From NCBI GenBank assembly GCA_964456045.1, contig CAYWAD010000002.1, positions 1-49,842 of the forward strand: a stretch of 49,842 bases of DNA, written 5' to 3'. The notes below the pieces were generated by a model. The model was not told the DNA's origin. It worked only from the letters and a program-made list of their open reading frames with translations, and did no database searches. The stretch is from an uncultured Lachnospiraceae bacterium (lineage in GTDB: Bacteria > Bacillota > Clostridia > Oscillospirales > CAG-272). Positions 9,005-20,000 of the stretch are shown piece by piece. A program made the translations under genes and the position numbers. Each line of letters begins with the position of its first letter. Position 1 is the stretch's first letter.

Positions 9005-9072
9005 AGATGCGGCAGCTATATAATTTACATCATTTTTATCAGCATAAATTCCCTTATCGAAAGGTAATAACA

Positions 9073-10158
9073 ATGAAAAAAATCCGTGCAGGTATCGTTG
9101 GCGCTACCGGAATGGTCGGTCAACGCTTTATAACATTACTCGAAAATCATCCTTATTTTGAAATTTCCGTGCTTGCCGCATCTCCCAGATCCGCAGGCAA
9201 AACTTATTCCGAAGCCGTTAACGGTCGTTGGAAAATGGCAACTCCGATACCGGAATGTGTTCGCGATATGACTGTATATAACGCTTCCGCCGTTGACACC
9301 GTTGCCGCTCTTTGCGATTTCGTTTTCTGCGCCGTCGATCTCTCCAAGGAGGAGGTTCGCGCGCTTGAGGAGGCATACGCAAAAACGGAAACTCCCGTCG
9401 TTTCCAACAATTCCGCAAACCGCGGAATCCCGGACGTACCGATGCTCATTCCCGAAATAAACGATTCACATCTCAAGGTCATCCCATATCAGCAGAAGCG
9501 CCTCGGAACTACGCACGGTTTCATCTGTGTAAAGCCGAACTGCTCGATCCAAAGCTACGTTCCGATGCTTACGCCGCTACTTCGATTCGGCATCAAACGC
9601 GTCATCGTTTCGACATATCAGGCTATCTCCGGTTCGGGCAAAACACTTGCCGAAACGCCCGAAATGAACGATAACGTAAAGCCCTACATCGCCGGCGAGG
9701 AAGCTAAAAGCGAGCAGGAGCCGCTCAAAATTTGGGGCACTGTCAAAAACGGCTTGATCGAAAACGAAAAAAACATAAAAATCTCGGCGCATTGCGTGCG
9801 CGTCCCCGTTTCAGACGGTCACCTCGCGTCTGTATTCGTTGATTTCGAAGAAAAGCCCACAAAAGCGCAAATCATCGACGCCTGGAACACATTCAAGGGC
9901 AAGCCTCAGCTGCTTTCTCTCCCCTCCGCGCCGGAACAGTTCATCACTTATTTCGAGGAAGCGGACCGCCCGCAAACCGCGCTCGACCGCGACACTTTCC
10001 ACGGAATGGGCGTAAGCGTCGGCAGACTTTGCGAGGACACAATCTTTGATTACAAGTTCATCGGTCTTTCTCACAACACGCTTCGCGGTGCCGCCGGCGG
10101 CGCACTTCTTTGCGCGGAATTGCTTTACAAAGAGGGTTACATCACCGCTAAGCAATAA
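9073..10158 (+). CDS. asd: Aspartate-semialdehyde dehydrogenase
   Basis: Start at ATG 9073 (MKKIRAGIVGATGMVGQRF, a Rossmann motif). Active-site Cys context KPNCSIQ. The track ORF starts 66 nt too early. Confidence 0.9.
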   Translation: MKKIRAGIVGATGMVGQRFITLLENHPYFEISVLAASPRSAGKTYSEAVNGRWKMATPIPECVRDMTVYNASAVDTVAALCDFVFCAVDLSKEEVRALEEAYAKTETPVVSNNSANRGIPDVPMLIPEINDSHLKVIPYQQKRLGTTHGFICVKPNCSIQSYVPMLTPLLRFGIKRVIVSTYQAISGSGKTLAETPEMNDNVKPYIAGEEAKSEQEPLKIWGTVKNGLIENEKNIKISAHCVRVPVSDGHLASVFVDFEEKPTKAQIIDAWNTFKGKPQLLSLPSAPEQFITYFEEADRPQTALDRDTFHGMGVSVGRLCEDTIFDYKFIGLSHNTLRGAAGGALLCAELLYKEGYITAKQ

Positions 10159-10278
10159 TGAACAAAAATATTTCCGAAATTTTCGTTTTTGTGTTTATTT
10201 CGACACAACTTTATGCTATAATATAATTGCGAAACGGGAATACCGTGTTTCGTAATTCAATAAAAGGCGGTAAAGAAA

Positions 10279-10809
10279 ATGAAAACAACGATCATCGGTA
10301 AACAAATGAACGTGTCGGAAGACTTAAAAACTCTTGTTACAAAAAAGCTTTCGAAGTTCGACAAGTTCTTCAAGGATGGTGCCGAAGCCTTCGTAACCTT
10401 TAACCGCAGGCACGATCAAGAATGCCTTGAAATTACAATTTCGGCAAACGGAACGCTTTTCCGTAGCGAAAAGAAAAGCTCAACCTTCCAAAACGCACTT
10501 GACGAATGCGTAGAGGCCATCGAACGTCAGATCAGGAAGAACAAGACACGCCTTGAAAAGCGTCTGCGCGAGGGCGCATTTGTTTCGTCGGGCGAAAGTT
10601 CCGCTTTCGCTGACACGGAAGAAGAAAAAGAGCTTATAATCCGTACAAAGAAATTCCGCTTAAAACCAATGACGCCGGACGAGGCAATCTTGCAGATGAA
10701 TCTTCTCGGTCATGAATTTTTCGTGTTCATTGACTCGCAATCCGAAGATACCTGCGTCGTTTATAAACGTAATGACGGAAATTACGGTCTCATTATCCCC
10801 GAAAAATAA
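10279..10809 (+). CDS. hpf: Ribosome hibernation-promoting factor (long HPF)
   Basis: 176 aa. N-terminal S30AE/RaiA-like domain plus the C-terminal dimerisation domain (KPMTPDEAILQMNLLGHEFFVF..YKRNDGNYGLI). Confidence 0.9.
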   Translation: MKTTIIGKQMNVSEDLKTLVTKKLSKFDKFFKDGAEAFVTFNRRHDQECLEITISANGTLFRSEKKSSTFQNALDECVEAIERQIRKNKTRLEKRLREGAFVSSGESSAFADTEEEKELIIRTKKFRLKPMTPDEAILQMNLLGHEFFVFIDSQSEDTCVVYKRNDGNYGLIIPEK

Positions 10810-10822
10810 TCAAAAATCAAGA

Positions 10823-10861
10823 AAGCGATGCTGAGTTTCACTCAGCATCGCTTGTTTTTTT
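10823..10861 (+). terminator. Rho-independent terminator after hpf
   Basis: 13-bp stem AAGCGATGCTGAG / CTCAGCATCGCTT with a 5-nt loop, then GTTTTTTT. Confidence 0.85.
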
Positions 10862-10939
10862 GCTCGAAAATCAAGACTTTTTTATTTTTACTCAAATGCA
10901 TAAAACCTTGCACGCACTGTTATACAAATGAATAACAAA

Positions 10940-12295
10940 TTACGTTTCCGTTGCACCGTCATGTTCTTTTGTGAGAAATTTTGTGTATTTTCCGATCCAG
11001 CCGATTGGGACATTGCCTACAGAACCGTGACGGTTTTTCGCAACGATAACCTCGGCTTCCTCCTCCGCGGCACCGGTGGTTTTATAATACTCGCCGCGGT
11101 AAAGGAACATTACCATATCCGCATCCTGCTCAATCGCACCCGAATCTCTGAGGTCGGAAAGCATCGGACGTTTGTCCTGACGCGATTCCGGTCCGCGGGA
11201 AAGCTGTGCACAGCAGATAAGCGGCACGCCGAGCTCTTTCGCAAGCAGCTTCAAGCCGCGCGAAATGTCCGCAACTTCCTGCACTCTGTTGTCGATACGC
11301 CTGTCACTCTGCATAAGCTGAAGATAATCGACGACGACAAGCCCTACATTCTTCATTCTGTGCAGCTTCGCTCGCATTCCGGCGATGGTGATTCCCGACG
11401 TATCATCTATATAAATATCGCATTCGGAAAGCACCGACGATGCTTCCGCGAGTCTACGCCAATCATCACGCGAAAGCGAGCCACGGCGCAAGGTCGTACT
11501 GTCCACGAGCGCTTCGCTCGAAAGCAAACGCGACGTAAGCTGTTCCGCCGACATTTCAAGCGAGAACACGCAAACGGAAATTTTCTGTTTTTTTGCAACA
11601 TTGACCGCGATATTCATCGCAAACGAGGTCTTACCCATACCGGGACGCGCGCCGATCAACACAAGATCTCCCGGAGCCATACCAACAAGTGTTCGGTCAA
11701 GATCGGAAAAACCGGTCGGAGTTGTGGCATTTGCATCGGGATTTTCCGCGATCTCCTGAATTGAGTTAAACTGCTTTATGAGGACGTCTCTTATATGTAC
11801 AAATCCCCCCTTTTCGCTTCCCTGCGACAAACCGAGGATTCGAGATTCAGCCGAATCTATAAGATAGTCCGTGTCCTCGCCCTCCGTGTACGCCGCTGCC
11901 GACACATCATCGCAAACAGCGATCAACGCGCGAAGCTTCGCCTTATCGCGAACAATAACGGCATAATCCTTCACATTGGAAGCCGACGGAACTATCTCCG
12001 CAAGAGTGCGAAGGTACTCTTTTCCGCCGGATTCGTCATAAACGCCGAGTTTAACAAGCGTGTCCATAACAAGAACAGGGTCAATGTCCTTATTTTTAAG
12101 GAAAAGTTCCTGCATCGCAAGATAGATCTGGCGATGTTCCTCAAGATAAAAGTCCGAGCTTGAAACGGAGTCCGCAATAATGTCAAAGCATTCCGGCGAA
12201 ATCAAGATGGAGCCGAGGACCGACTGCTCCGCCTCAAGCGAAAACGGCATTTTTCTGCCTGTAATGTCGTTTGCCATATTATTTCTCTGCGACAA
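10940..12295 (-). CDS. dnaB: Replicative DNA helicase (DnaB family)
   Basis: 451 aa; Walker [12 protein letters not shown]; DnaB N- and C-terminal domains are recognisable; sits downstream of rplI. Confidence 0.95.
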   Translation of the reverse strand: MSQRNNMANDITGRKMPFSLEAEQSVLGSILISPECFDIIADSVSSSDFYLEEHRQIYLAMQELFLKNKDIDPVLVMDTLVKLGVYDESGGKEYLRTLAEIVPSASNVKDYAVIVRDKAKLRALIAVCDDVSAAAYTEGEDTDYLIDSAESRILGLSQGSEKGGFVHIRDVLIKQFNSIQEIAENPDANATTPTGFSDLDRTLVGMAPGDLVLIGARPGMGKTSFAMNIAVNVAKKQKISVCVFSLEMSAEQLTSRLLSSEALVDSTTLRRGSLSRDDWRRLAEASSVLSECDIYIDDTSGITIAGMRAKLHRMKNVGLVVVDYLQLMQSDRRIDNRVQEVADISRGLKLLAKELGVPLICCAQLSRGPESRQDKRPMLSDLRDSGAIEQDADMVMFLYRGEYYKTTGAAEEEAEVIVAKNRHGSVGNVPIGWIGKYTKFLTKEHDGATET

Positions 12296-12725
12296 GAACG
12301 TTCAGCGTTCCGACAACATCCGCGTGAAGCTTAACCTTGACCGCAAACGTTCCGAAGCTCTTGATAGGCTCGGAAAGAACAAAGCGATGCTTGTCAATTT
12401 CGATTTTATGCTGTGCTTTGAGCGCGTCGCACACGTCTTTCGCCGTAACGGAACCGTAAATTTTGCCGTCTGTGCCGGTGTTGAGCGAAAGCTTAACAAG
12501 AACGCTCTCAAGCTTTTCTGCCTGAGCCTTTGCCGCTGCAAGCTCCTCCGCCGCGATGCGAGCCTTTTCCGCTCTGCGTTCTTCAAGGTCCTTTAGGATT
12601 GCGGGAGTTACTTCAAGCGCCAGCTTTCTGGGAATCAGATAATTTTTCGCATATCCGTCCGAGACGTTGATTATATCGTCCTTTTTTCCCTGTGATCTTA
12701 CATCCGTAAGAAGAATTACTTTCAT
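12279..12725 (-). CDS. rplI: 50S ribosomal protein L9
   Basis: 148 aa; [36 protein letters not shown]. Confidence 0.95.
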   Translation of the reverse strand: MKVILLTDVRSQGKKDDIINVSDGYAKNYLIPRKLALEVTPAILKDLEERRAEKARIAAEELAAAKAQAEKLESVLVKLSLNTGTDGKIYGSVTAKDVCDALKAQHKIEIDKHRFVLSEPIKSFGTFAVKVKLHADVVGTLNVLVAEK

Positions 12726-12727
12726 TA

Positions 12728-14788
12728 TTATTTGCCTCCGTAGGTGTTTTTCAATTTTTTCGTATCTATGTCAGACTCCTCAATGTAGTCGTCTATCGCT
12801 TTTTTGAGACTTACCAGCACTGCTTCAAGCTCGGAATTTTTTATTTGCGCACCCGCACCGTCGAAATGACCGCCGCCGCCGAGCTTTTCGAGTATAAGCT
12901 GAACGTTGATAACGCCTGTCGAGCGTGCGGAGATGTGCACCGCGTCACCGATGCGAACGACCGCGAACGCCGCCAAGATGCCGCGCACATTCAAGAGCTT
13001 GTCCGCCGCCTTTGCCGCCGCAACGCGATCCTCCGATTTACCGTCTCCGGGCGAGCACGCAATTACCGTCACGTCGCGATAACGCGCTACATTGGATTCG
13101 AATTTCGCTTCGCGCTCCAAGCTTTCAAGCCCCTCTCGGAAGAACGCGGATGCGGTTTCCGGGTTAGCGCCGCAGCTCTGCAAATACATTGCCGCAGAGA
13201 AAGTTCTCGCTGTTGTACAGCGCGAAAGCTGCTTTGTATCAAGCAAAATTCCGGCGTACATAACATCCGCCTCGGCAGACACAACTCCTCCGGACTGATA
13301 AAGCTGCTCCAGCATATCCGAAATCAGCTCGCAAGTCGAGGACGCGGACGGCTCGATATATGAAAGAAGCGTCGAGCGAGGCGGATCCGCAACTTTAATG
13401 TGATGGTCAATAATGATCAGTCGTTGCGCAAGCTTTGCTATATCGGGTGCGGCAAAATGCGAGAAATTATTAACGTCGCAGGTGATGACAAGCGTATCGG
13501 AGCGAAGCATGTCCATCACGGTGACTTCATCGGCGAACATGGTTTCATAACCGGAAATCCCGGCGACATGCTCAACCGCCTCTTTTATGTTTTTATCGTT
13601 CACATCCGTGACAATATTTACCGGCACACCGCAGTGGATCGCAAGTCTCGCTATGCCGACGCAAGCGCCGATCGAGTCAAAGTCCGGATAACGGTGCCCC
13701 ATGATAATGACATTGCCGGAATTACATATGTGACGCACAAGTTCGCCGGCAATGACGCGCGAACGCACCTTTGTGCGTTTTTGCGTGGCTTTTGTTCTTC
13801 CGCCGAAAAATTCCGTACCGCCGTCGGACCTCAAAACTACCTGGTCGCCTCCGCGCTGAAGCGCGGTATCAAGCGCCGCGAAAGACGCACGTTCGCATTC
13901 CGCGAGCGTTCCCTCGTCACGCGAGATTCCGATCGAAACCGTGACAGGGGCAAACCCCTCTCCGACGCGAACGGAGCGCACTTTATCAAGCACGTCAAAT
14001 TTGCGGATCACAAACTGATCTATATAGCGCTCCTTGAAGAAGAACACATACTTGTTTCGTTCGTACTCGCGCAAAACACCGTTTACGCTGTCGGACCACG
14101 CTTTAAGTATTGAATCAACATCTCTTGCTGCATCGCGGAATTCGCCTTGCTCATACTGCGAAATCTCGTTAAGGTTATCTATTTGAATGTACGCCACAAG
14201 AGTACGCTCGGCGTTCAGCTCGCGTCGAAGCTCCTCCGCTTCCGTCCTGTCATAGACGGACACCATATGAAACGGATTGCCGTTCACGCGGAAGCGATAG
14301 TTTTTCACAACAAACGAACGACGTTCCGTTTCCACAAACACACCGTTTCCGTCGCTGTCCGTTATTTCGGAAAACTTCACAGGCACAACGCCTTGAAAAG
14401 GTTTTCCCCTAAGCTTACCGCCAACCCCCAGCTCGCTCGCAAGCTCCGTAAACGCGCCGTTATTCCAAATGACAACACCGGTCGCCGAACATATCGCGGA
14501 CGGAACGGAAATATTCATCATCGCATCCGTCATTATGTCGCCCAAATAAGGTGACATTTTTTCTTCGAAAAGTCCGCCGCGCTTTTTGTATCGCAAAAAA
14601 GCTATCGAGCCGCCCACAACAAGCACATACAGAACCGCGCACACAATTCCGAAAAGGAACGTCGGCTTTTCCGCCAACGAATACACGATCGTTGCCGTGA
14701 TAAGCAGCACAACCGCGAAAAAAACGGAAATTATCAGCTCTGCGGAAAAAGCGCTGAGTTTTTTTGCTTTATTTGATTTTGTTGACAT
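12728..14788 (-). CDS. gdpP: Membrane-anchored DHH/DHHA1 phosphodiesterase (GdpP/YybT-type cyclic-di-AMP phosphodiesterase)
   Basis: 686 aa with two N-terminal TM helices, a PAS/degenerate GGDEF-like middle, DHH motifs ([17 protein letters not shown]) and DHHA1 GGGGH. The gdpP-rplI-dnaB order is conserved. Confidence 0.85.
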   Translation of the reverse strand: MSTKSNKAKKLSAFSAELIISVFFAVVLLITATIVYSLAEKPTFLFGIVCAVLYVLVVGGSIAFLRYKKRGGLFEEKMSPYLGDIMTDAMMNISVPSAICSATGVVIWNNGAFTELASELGVGGKLRGKPFQGVVPVKFSEITDSDGNGVFVETERRSFVVKNYRFRVNGNPFHMVSVYDRTEAEELRRELNAERTLVAYIQIDNLNEISQYEQGEFRDAARDVDSILKAWSDSVNGVLREYERNKYVFFFKERYIDQFVIRKFDVLDKVRSVRVGEGFAPVTVSIGISRDEGTLAECERASFAALDTALQRGGDQVVLRSDGGTEFFGGRTKATQKRTKVRSRVIAGELVRHICNSGNVIIMGHRYPDFDSIGACVGIARLAIHCGVPVNIVTDVNDKNIKEAVEHVAGISGYETMFADEVTVMDMLRSDTLVITCDVNNFSHFAAPDIAKLAQRLIIIDHHIKVADPPRSTLLSYIEPSASSTCELISDMLEQLYQSGGVVSAEADVMYAGILLDTKQLSRCTTARTFSAAMYLQSCGANPETASAFFREGLESLEREAKFESNVARYRDVTVIACSPGDGKSEDRVAAAKAADKLLNVRGILAAFAVVRIGDAVHISARSTGVINVQLILEKLGGGGHFDGAGAQIKNSELEAVLVSLKKAIDDYIEESDIDTKKLKNTYGGK

Positions 14789-14825
14789 AATTTATCCTCC
14801 GTAAGGTAAATGTCGAAACAAAAGA

Positions 14826-15542
14826 TTATTTTTCCGGCGGTTTATGTATATCCCCCGAAAGGAATGCGAGAGTTCGCGGCACGGCATCTTTTGCGTTATA
14901 CCAAGGCTCGTCATTGTATCTGTAGTCAAACTTCTTGCAGAACCACGAAACATCCTCCGTGAGCTGATCGAAGTACGCAAGCTCCAGCGCCGAAACGACT
15001 TTGTAAAATTCGGGAAATTTCTTCTTTCCGAGGCGAGACTTCGCTATTTCAAGAAACATTTTATAATGCGGCAGGCAAAAATACGGCTGCGCCGCCGTTT
15101 TTTTACGGAATTCCTCGTCCTTTTCCCAAAGAAGCGTCGCCGTTTCAACCATCATGCGAAAATTACGTTCAATACGACCGCAAACATAACAGGTACTTTC
15201 AAGTTCCGACAGTCCCTTTATGACTTCGGCACCGGGATTGATAAGCTCGGAAAGTCCTCCGACCGATATGTTTTTTCTCTGCTCGGAAAGATGACTTTCA
15301 AGCATAAGTGCGAGCGGAAGTCTGTTTTTTCGTTGAAACATCATATCAAAATGAGTTTTGCAAAAGCCGAGCTCGTTTGTTTTGATCCTTATGTCGGGTT
15401 CCATCATCGAAGCACCGAGTATCAATCCGAGTTCGTCCTCCTCAAGCATACGGTACAGCGCGCAAAAAGGACATCCGAGCGAATGATCCTCCATAGACGC
15501 TTCGAATTTTTCATTTACAGGAATAGTATAAATTTGTTCCAT
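14826..15542 (-). CDS. Conserved Cys-rich hypothetical protein (two CxxC...CxxH modules; DUF6062-like by recollection)
   Basis: 238 aa with CPFC...CKTH in the N-terminal half and CYVC...CLPH in the C-terminal half. No known catalytic motif was recognised. Confidence 0.6.
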   Translation of the reverse strand: MEQIYTIPVNEKFEASMEDHSLGCPFCALYRMLEEDELGLILGASMMEPDIRIKTNELGFCKTHFDMMFQRKNRLPLALMLESHLSEQRKNISVGGLSELINPGAEVIKGLSELESTCYVCGRIERNFRMMVETATLLWEKDEEFRKKTAAQPYFCLPHYKMFLEIAKSRLGKKKFPEFYKVVSALELAYFDQLTEDVSWFCKKFDYRYNDEPWYNAKDAVPRTLAFLSGDIHKPPEK

Positions 15543-15689
15543 AAAGATAAATACCGCCGTAACTCTTGATTTTACGCCCCCATTAGGGTATACTTACAAT
15601 ACATTATATAACATTTATTTGATTTTTACAATAACAATTTTAGTGATACGGGCGCGATTGGCAACGTATCGCAAACAAAAGGCAAAAAA

Positions 15690-16616
15690 ATGACAAATCT
15701 CATCACAAAATACACCGTAACCGAAAGCACGCTTTCAGACGGAACCGTCTATGTCAAGGCAACGGGCGTTTATCCGATTGACGCGGAAGCTACTTTCGAA
15801 TGCGGTCAATGCTTCAGGTTCGAACGCACAGATCCGCGTTTTCCCGAACTGTACGGCACAGATATCGCCTACGCGGGTGTCGCATACGGCAAATACATAA
15901 GCGTCATGACTCCCGATTCGGACACGTTAATCATCGAAAACACAACAAAATCGGAGTTCGACTCGATTTGGGCGAAATATTTCGGTCTTGATCTTGACTA
16001 TGCCGCAATAATCAATGCAATCGAACAAAAATGGGGCACAGACAGCAGACTCGCGCTCGCCGCGCGCTCAGGCTCAGGTATAAGGATTCTCGCACAGGAT
16101 CCATGGGAGGCTCTCGTTTCCTTTATAATTTCGCAAAACAACAACATTCCGCGAATCAAAAGCATCATAAAACGTCTGTGCCGAGAATATGGTGAGCCTG
16201 TTTCGGGCGCGGATGAATACGCGTTTCCCTCTCCGCAAAAGCTTCACGACGCAGGCGTTGACAGCCTGTTCGCGCTGAAAATGGGCTTCCGCGCAAAATA
16301 CGTTTTTGATGCAGCAGAAACGGTGATTTCGAATCCGCAGTTTCTCGAAAAAGTCAAATCCGCGCAATCCTACGAAGAAGCGGAAGCGGAGCTTACGTCG
16401 ATCAAAGGCGTCGGTTCCAAGGTGGCGGCTTGCACACTGCTTTTCGGTTTCGGACGCTTGAACGCTTTCCCTGTTGACGTATGGATCAAGCGCACGATAG
16501 GCAAGTATTTCGAAAACGGCATACCGACAGTGTCGGACTTCGGCGCCCTCTCTCCCTATGCCGGCATCATTCAGCAGTACATATTCCATTACGAGCGAAA
16601 TTGTTTCCCGAACTGA
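15690..16616 (+). CDS. ogg: 8-oxoguanine DNA glycosylase (OGG1-type, HhH-GPD)
   Basis: 308 aa; the HhH-GPD motif IKGVGSKVAACTLLFGFGRLNAFPVDVWIKR carries the catalytic Lys and Asp contexts. Confidence 0.85.
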   Translation: MTNLITKYTVTESTLSDGTVYVKATGVYPIDAEATFECGQCFRFERTDPRFPELYGTDIAYAGVAYGKYISVMTPDSDTLIIENTTKSEFDSIWAKYFGLDLDYAAIINAIEQKWGTDSRLALAARSGSGIRILAQDPWEALVSFIISQNNNIPRIKSIIKRLCREYGEPVSGADEYAFPSPQKLHDAGVDSLFALKMGFRAKYVFDAAETVISNPQFLEKVKSAQSYEEAEAELTSIKGVGSKVAACTLLFGFGRLNAFPVDVWIKRTIGKYFENGIPTVSDFGALSPYAGIIQQYIFHYERNCFPN

Positions 16617-16639
16617 TCCGTACTTTGCAAAAAATACTC

Positions 16640-16668
16640 TTGCCATCGGGCTTCACGCGTGCTATAAT
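16640..16668 (+). promoter_or_regulatory. Candidate sigma-A promoter (TTGCCA-17-TATAAT)
   Basis: TTGCCA at 16640-16645, 17-nt spacer, TATAAT at 16663-16668, upstream of the CDS at 16721. Confidence 0.6.
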
Positions 16669-16720
16669 ATCATTTGGATATTTCCGAAATTTAATTATCA
16701 ACCGAGGAGAATCATTAAAA

Positions 16721-17347
16721 ATGAGTGGCGAAAATAAGTACAACTGCGACTATGCCGTGCCGAAAAAATCTGAAGGCGATTACAAAACCAAACGAATCCT
16801 TATGAAGCTTGCATATTGGCTCGTTCCGCTTGCAATCATCGGAGTGCTCTTTACAATTATATCTTATATGGCATTCGTGTTCGTTCCCGTTTTCGTTATT
16901 CTCGCACGTCCGCTTATCAACGGCACATGGAGATACGTTAACTACGACCAGCGTTATGAAATCAAAAATGCAGGCACGATCCGTTTCACACGTTACTACG
17001 GCAAGAAGTTCCGCGTTGACAAGAACGACGAGCACGCCGAAGAACAGATCGCGGAAAAGCTCGTTCTCGAAATGAAGATCAAGGATTTCGAAATGATTGC
17101 ACCCTACAACGAAGAAGAACACCGTCGTACGTTTGATGAGCTCGGCATCAAGCCCGAAAACATCATCAATCACACGTCTTCTCCCGTTCACCCCAACGTT
17201 TATTACGGCGTTTATACGAAAGAAAACGGTGAAAAAGCCGCTATCCTTTTCGATATGATCGACAAATCTCTCGGCATCATCGTATATTACAACAAGAAAA
17301 CCGTTGTTACAGAGCTCCATTTTGCAGGAGAAAACGCGCTGAAATAA
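16721..17347 (+). CDS. Hypothetical membrane protein (two TM helices plus a soluble C-terminal domain)
   Basis: ATG 16721 is preceded by GAGGAGA (16704-16710). 208 aa, MSGENKYNCDYAVPKK...; TM pair LAYWLVPLAIIGVLFTIISYMAFVFVPVFVIL. The track ORF 16481.. is an upstream over-extension. Confidence 0.7.
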   Translation: MSGENKYNCDYAVPKKSEGDYKTKRILMKLAYWLVPLAIIGVLFTIISYMAFVFVPVFVILARPLINGTWRYVNYDQRYEIKNAGTIRFTRYYGKKFRVDKNDEHAEEQIAEKLVLEMKIKDFEMIAPYNEEEHRRTFDELGIKPENIINHTSSPVHPNVYYGVYTKENGEKAAILFDMIDKSLGIIVYYNKKTVVTELHFAGENALK

Positions 17348-17391
17348 TCGCGTCAACGGAATAAGTCTCGGTCAGCTTACATAAAAATGTT

Positions 17392-17420
17392 ACGGCGCTG
17401 AAAAGCGCCGTGATGTTTTT
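17392..17420 (+). terminator. Probable rho-independent terminator
   Basis: Stem ACGGCGCT / AGCGCCGT with a GAAA loop, then GATGTTTTT (interrupted T tract). Confidence 0.55.
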
Positions 17421-17438
17421 ATATTGACGGAGGCTGTG

Positions 17439-17996
17439 ATGAAAAAGCTGATTATCGCGTTATTTACCGTTTTTATTTTCCTTTCATCGTGCGGTTCACC
17501 CGCAAATTCGGATCTGCTTGCATATCAGTCGGCGGGTGCGGAAATCAGCGGAATACTTACAACAGACACAGGCTCGGTACGTCTTTCCGTTATCCTCGAA
17601 AATGCAACGGAAAGCGAAATTTCATCCGGATCACGCAATGCAGTCCTCTGCTTTAACTGCACTCTCGGAACACATACTGTAACAATATCAAACGGAGAAA
17701 TATCACTTTCCGCAGACGGTATTTCGATTCCGTGCTCCGAACACGCAAGCACCGCTTATTCGACGCTTGCATCCTTTTTCGCTATTGATCAGGAATCGCT
17801 TTACTCAGCCGAGAACGGCGATGACGGATCTTTGACGCTTTCTTTCGGTGATCAAAACGGAAACGCCGTGACGGTAACGCTCGACTCCGTAACGAAGCTT
17901 CCGCGAAAAATCGCACTTATAAATTCAAATTGCACCTATGAGATAGACAGCTACCGTCTCACAACGGATATCAATAAAAACGAGAAAATACAATGA
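17439..17996 (+). CDS. Hypothetical lipoprotein
   Basis: ATG 17439 lies 5 nt after GGAGG. Signal peptide MKKLIIALFTVFIFLSSCGS (lipobox). 185 aa. Confidence 0.75.
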   Translation: MKKLIIALFTVFIFLSSCGSPANSDLLAYQSAGAEISGILTTDTGSVRLSVILENATESEISSGSRNAVLCFNCTLGTHTVTISNGEISLSADGISIPCSEHASTAYSTLASFFAIDQESLYSAENGDDGSLTLSFGDQNGNAVTVTLDSVTKLPRKIALINSNCTYEIDSYRLTTDINKNEKIQ

Positions 17997-19123
17997 TTTA
18001 CGAAGAAAACAGCATCAAGCATAAAACATGGGCGGAGATAGATCTTTCCGCATTGAAAAACAATTATTCAAGCATAAAAGCAACAGTCGGTTCATCTGAG
18101 GTCATGTGCGTTGTCAAGGCCGATGCATACGGTCACGGCGCAGAAAGCTGTGCGGCGGCGCTTTACCGAACCGGCGCACGTTGGTTTGCTGTTTCCTGTA
18201 TCGAGGAAGCACTTCAGTTGAGCAGCACATTTGACGCACAAAAATTGACCGGCGCGAAAATATTGATTCTCGGCTATACGCCCCCCGAAAACGTCGCACT
18301 TTTAGCTCAAAACGACATCAGACAAACCGTTTTTTCCTCCGAATACGCCTCTGCTCTTTCAAATGCCGCAGTAAAAGCAGGTTGTGAAGTCAAAGCGCAT
18401 TTCAAGCTTGACACAGGCATGAACAGGCTCGGATTTGACGCAGACGCAAATGCCGCAGACGAAATCTGCACTGCATCGGAGCTTCCCGGTATAGTTTCGG
18501 AGGGATTGTTCACTCATTTTGCTTGCGCCGACGAGGATGACGACACCGAAACACGCCTCGCTTTCGAGCGCTTCAAAAAAGTTGACGAAATGCTCCGCGC
18601 ACACGGGCTCAATTTGAAGCGCCACGTCTGCAACAGCGCCGCAACGCTCAAATTCCCGGAATATCATCTTGACATGGTGCGCGCCGGGATCATTCTTTAC
18701 GGTCTCATGCCATACAGTGACAAGCCGCAGATCGAGCTTCGTCCCGTTATGACATTCAAAAGCATAATTTCCCACATACATACCGTAAAAGCCGGCAAAA
18801 AAGTCAGCTACAACGGCATTTACACCGCCGACCGCGATGTACTTACCGCAACGGTACCGGTCGGATATGCGGACGGCTTTTTGCGTCATTTCAGCGGAGG
18901 CGTATATATCAACGGTCATACAGCTCCCATCCTCGGCAGAATATGCATGGATCAATGCATAGTCGATATCAGTGCCATTCCCGATGTCAAAGTGGGAGAC
19001 GAGGTCATCATCTTCGGTGGCGATCCAAAGCGTCTTGACGATTTGGCAAGCTCTGCGGGAACGATCAACTACGAGCTTGTGTGCCTTGTCGGCAAGCGAG
19101 TTGCGAGAATCTACACAAATTAA
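17993..19123 (+). CDS. alr: Alanine racemase
   Basis: 376 aa; PLP-Lys motif VVKADAYGHG; the C-terminal beta domain is recognisable; overlaps the upstream stop codon by 4 nt. Confidence 0.93.
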   Translation: MIYEENSIKHKTWAEIDLSALKNNYSSIKATVGSSEVMCVVKADAYGHGAESCAAALYRTGARWFAVSCIEEALQLSSTFDAQKLTGAKILILGYTPPENVALLAQNDIRQTVFSSEYASALSNAAVKAGCEVKAHFKLDTGMNRLGFDADANAADEICTASELPGIVSEGLFTHFACADEDDDTETRLAFERFKKVDEMLRAHGLNLKRHVCNSAATLKFPEYHLDMVRAGIILYGLMPYSDKPQIELRPVMTFKSIISHIHTVKAGKKVSYNGIYTADRDVLTATVPVGYADGFLRHFSGGVYINGHTAPILGRICMDQCIVDISAIPDVKVGDEVIIFGGDPKRLDDLASSAGTINYELVCLVGKRVARIYTN

Positions 19124-19158
19124 GGATAATTAGCTATCAATCGGAGTAAACTTTAATT

Positions 19159-19788
19159 ATGGTACTTGATAAAAAAGAAACCACCGTTGCGTATCGCTGC
19201 CCCGAATGCGGCGCCGGTGTAATAAGTCTTGTCGGTGCATTTGCGCTTTCTGCGGACATGATCAAGCTGAAATGCTCCTGCGGCGGCTCGGAAATGCACA
19301 TTATGTACGGCTCGGACAAACGCGTCAGGCTGACTGTGCCCTGTCTTTTCTGTTCGAATCCGCATCATTTAACGCTCGGAAGCTCCGTTTTCTTCGGACG
19401 TGAACTTTTCACCTTCGCCTGCCCATACACAGGGTTGGACATTTGCTTCATCGGCGGCAGGGGAGCTGTCGGTCAAGCGCTCGAACGCTCTGAAAAGGAA
19501 CTGCTTGAGCTTCTCGGCGACACATCTCCCGACGCTTTTTCCAAGCTCAAGGCGGACTCAATCACGGATCCGCAAGTCTTTGACATTGTAAATTTCGTTG
19601 TTCGCGAGCTTGAGGCCGAGGGAAAAATCCACTGTTTCTGTAAGGACAGCGGCGATTATCGCGTCCGCATTGAAGAAAACGCGATTCGCGTCATTTGCGC
19701 CGAATGCGGTGCAATGAAGGAGTTCCCTGCCGACAGCATCGGTGCCGCAAACGAGTTTCTCAACGCAGACGAGCTTATTTTAACGTAA
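19159..19788 (+). CDS. Hypothetical Cys-rich (zinc-ribbon-like) protein
   Basis: 209 aa with CPECG..CSCG, CLFCSNPHH and CFCKD..CAECG motifs. No family was recognised. Confidence 0.65.
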   Translation: MVLDKKETTVAYRCPECGAGVISLVGAFALSADMIKLKCSCGGSEMHIMYGSDKRVRLTVPCLFCSNPHHLTLGSSVFFGRELFTFACPYTGLDICFIGGRGAVGQALERSEKELLELLGDTSPDAFSKLKADSITDPQVFDIVNFVVRELEAEGKIHCFCKDSGDYRVRIEENAIRVICAECGAMKEFPADSIGAANEFLNADELILT

Positions 19789-19876
19789 CACATTTCGATC
19801 TCCGGCATATTATGATTAGCGAGAAGGGATTTTCACTTTCTCCCTTCGCTTCACATCTTAATACGGAGGTACCGAT

Positions 19877-19975
19877 ATGGGTAACTGTCTTTGCGGAACA
19901 TTTAACGACGGCAATATTTGCTGGATCATCATAATCGCTCTTGTGATTCTGTTCTGCTGCTGTCAGGGCAACTGA
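19877..19975 (+). CDS. Small Cys-rich membrane peptide, 32 aa (below the ORF-track cutoff)
   Basis: ATG 19877 lies 7 nt after ACGGAGG. Sequence MGNCLCGTFNDGNICWIIIIALVILFCCCQGN*. A strong terminator follows immediately (20001-20033). Confidence 0.6.
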   Translation: MGNCLCGTFNDGNICWIIIIALVILFCCCQGN

Positions 19976-20000
19976 TTTTGCCGCATATAATTAACAATAA

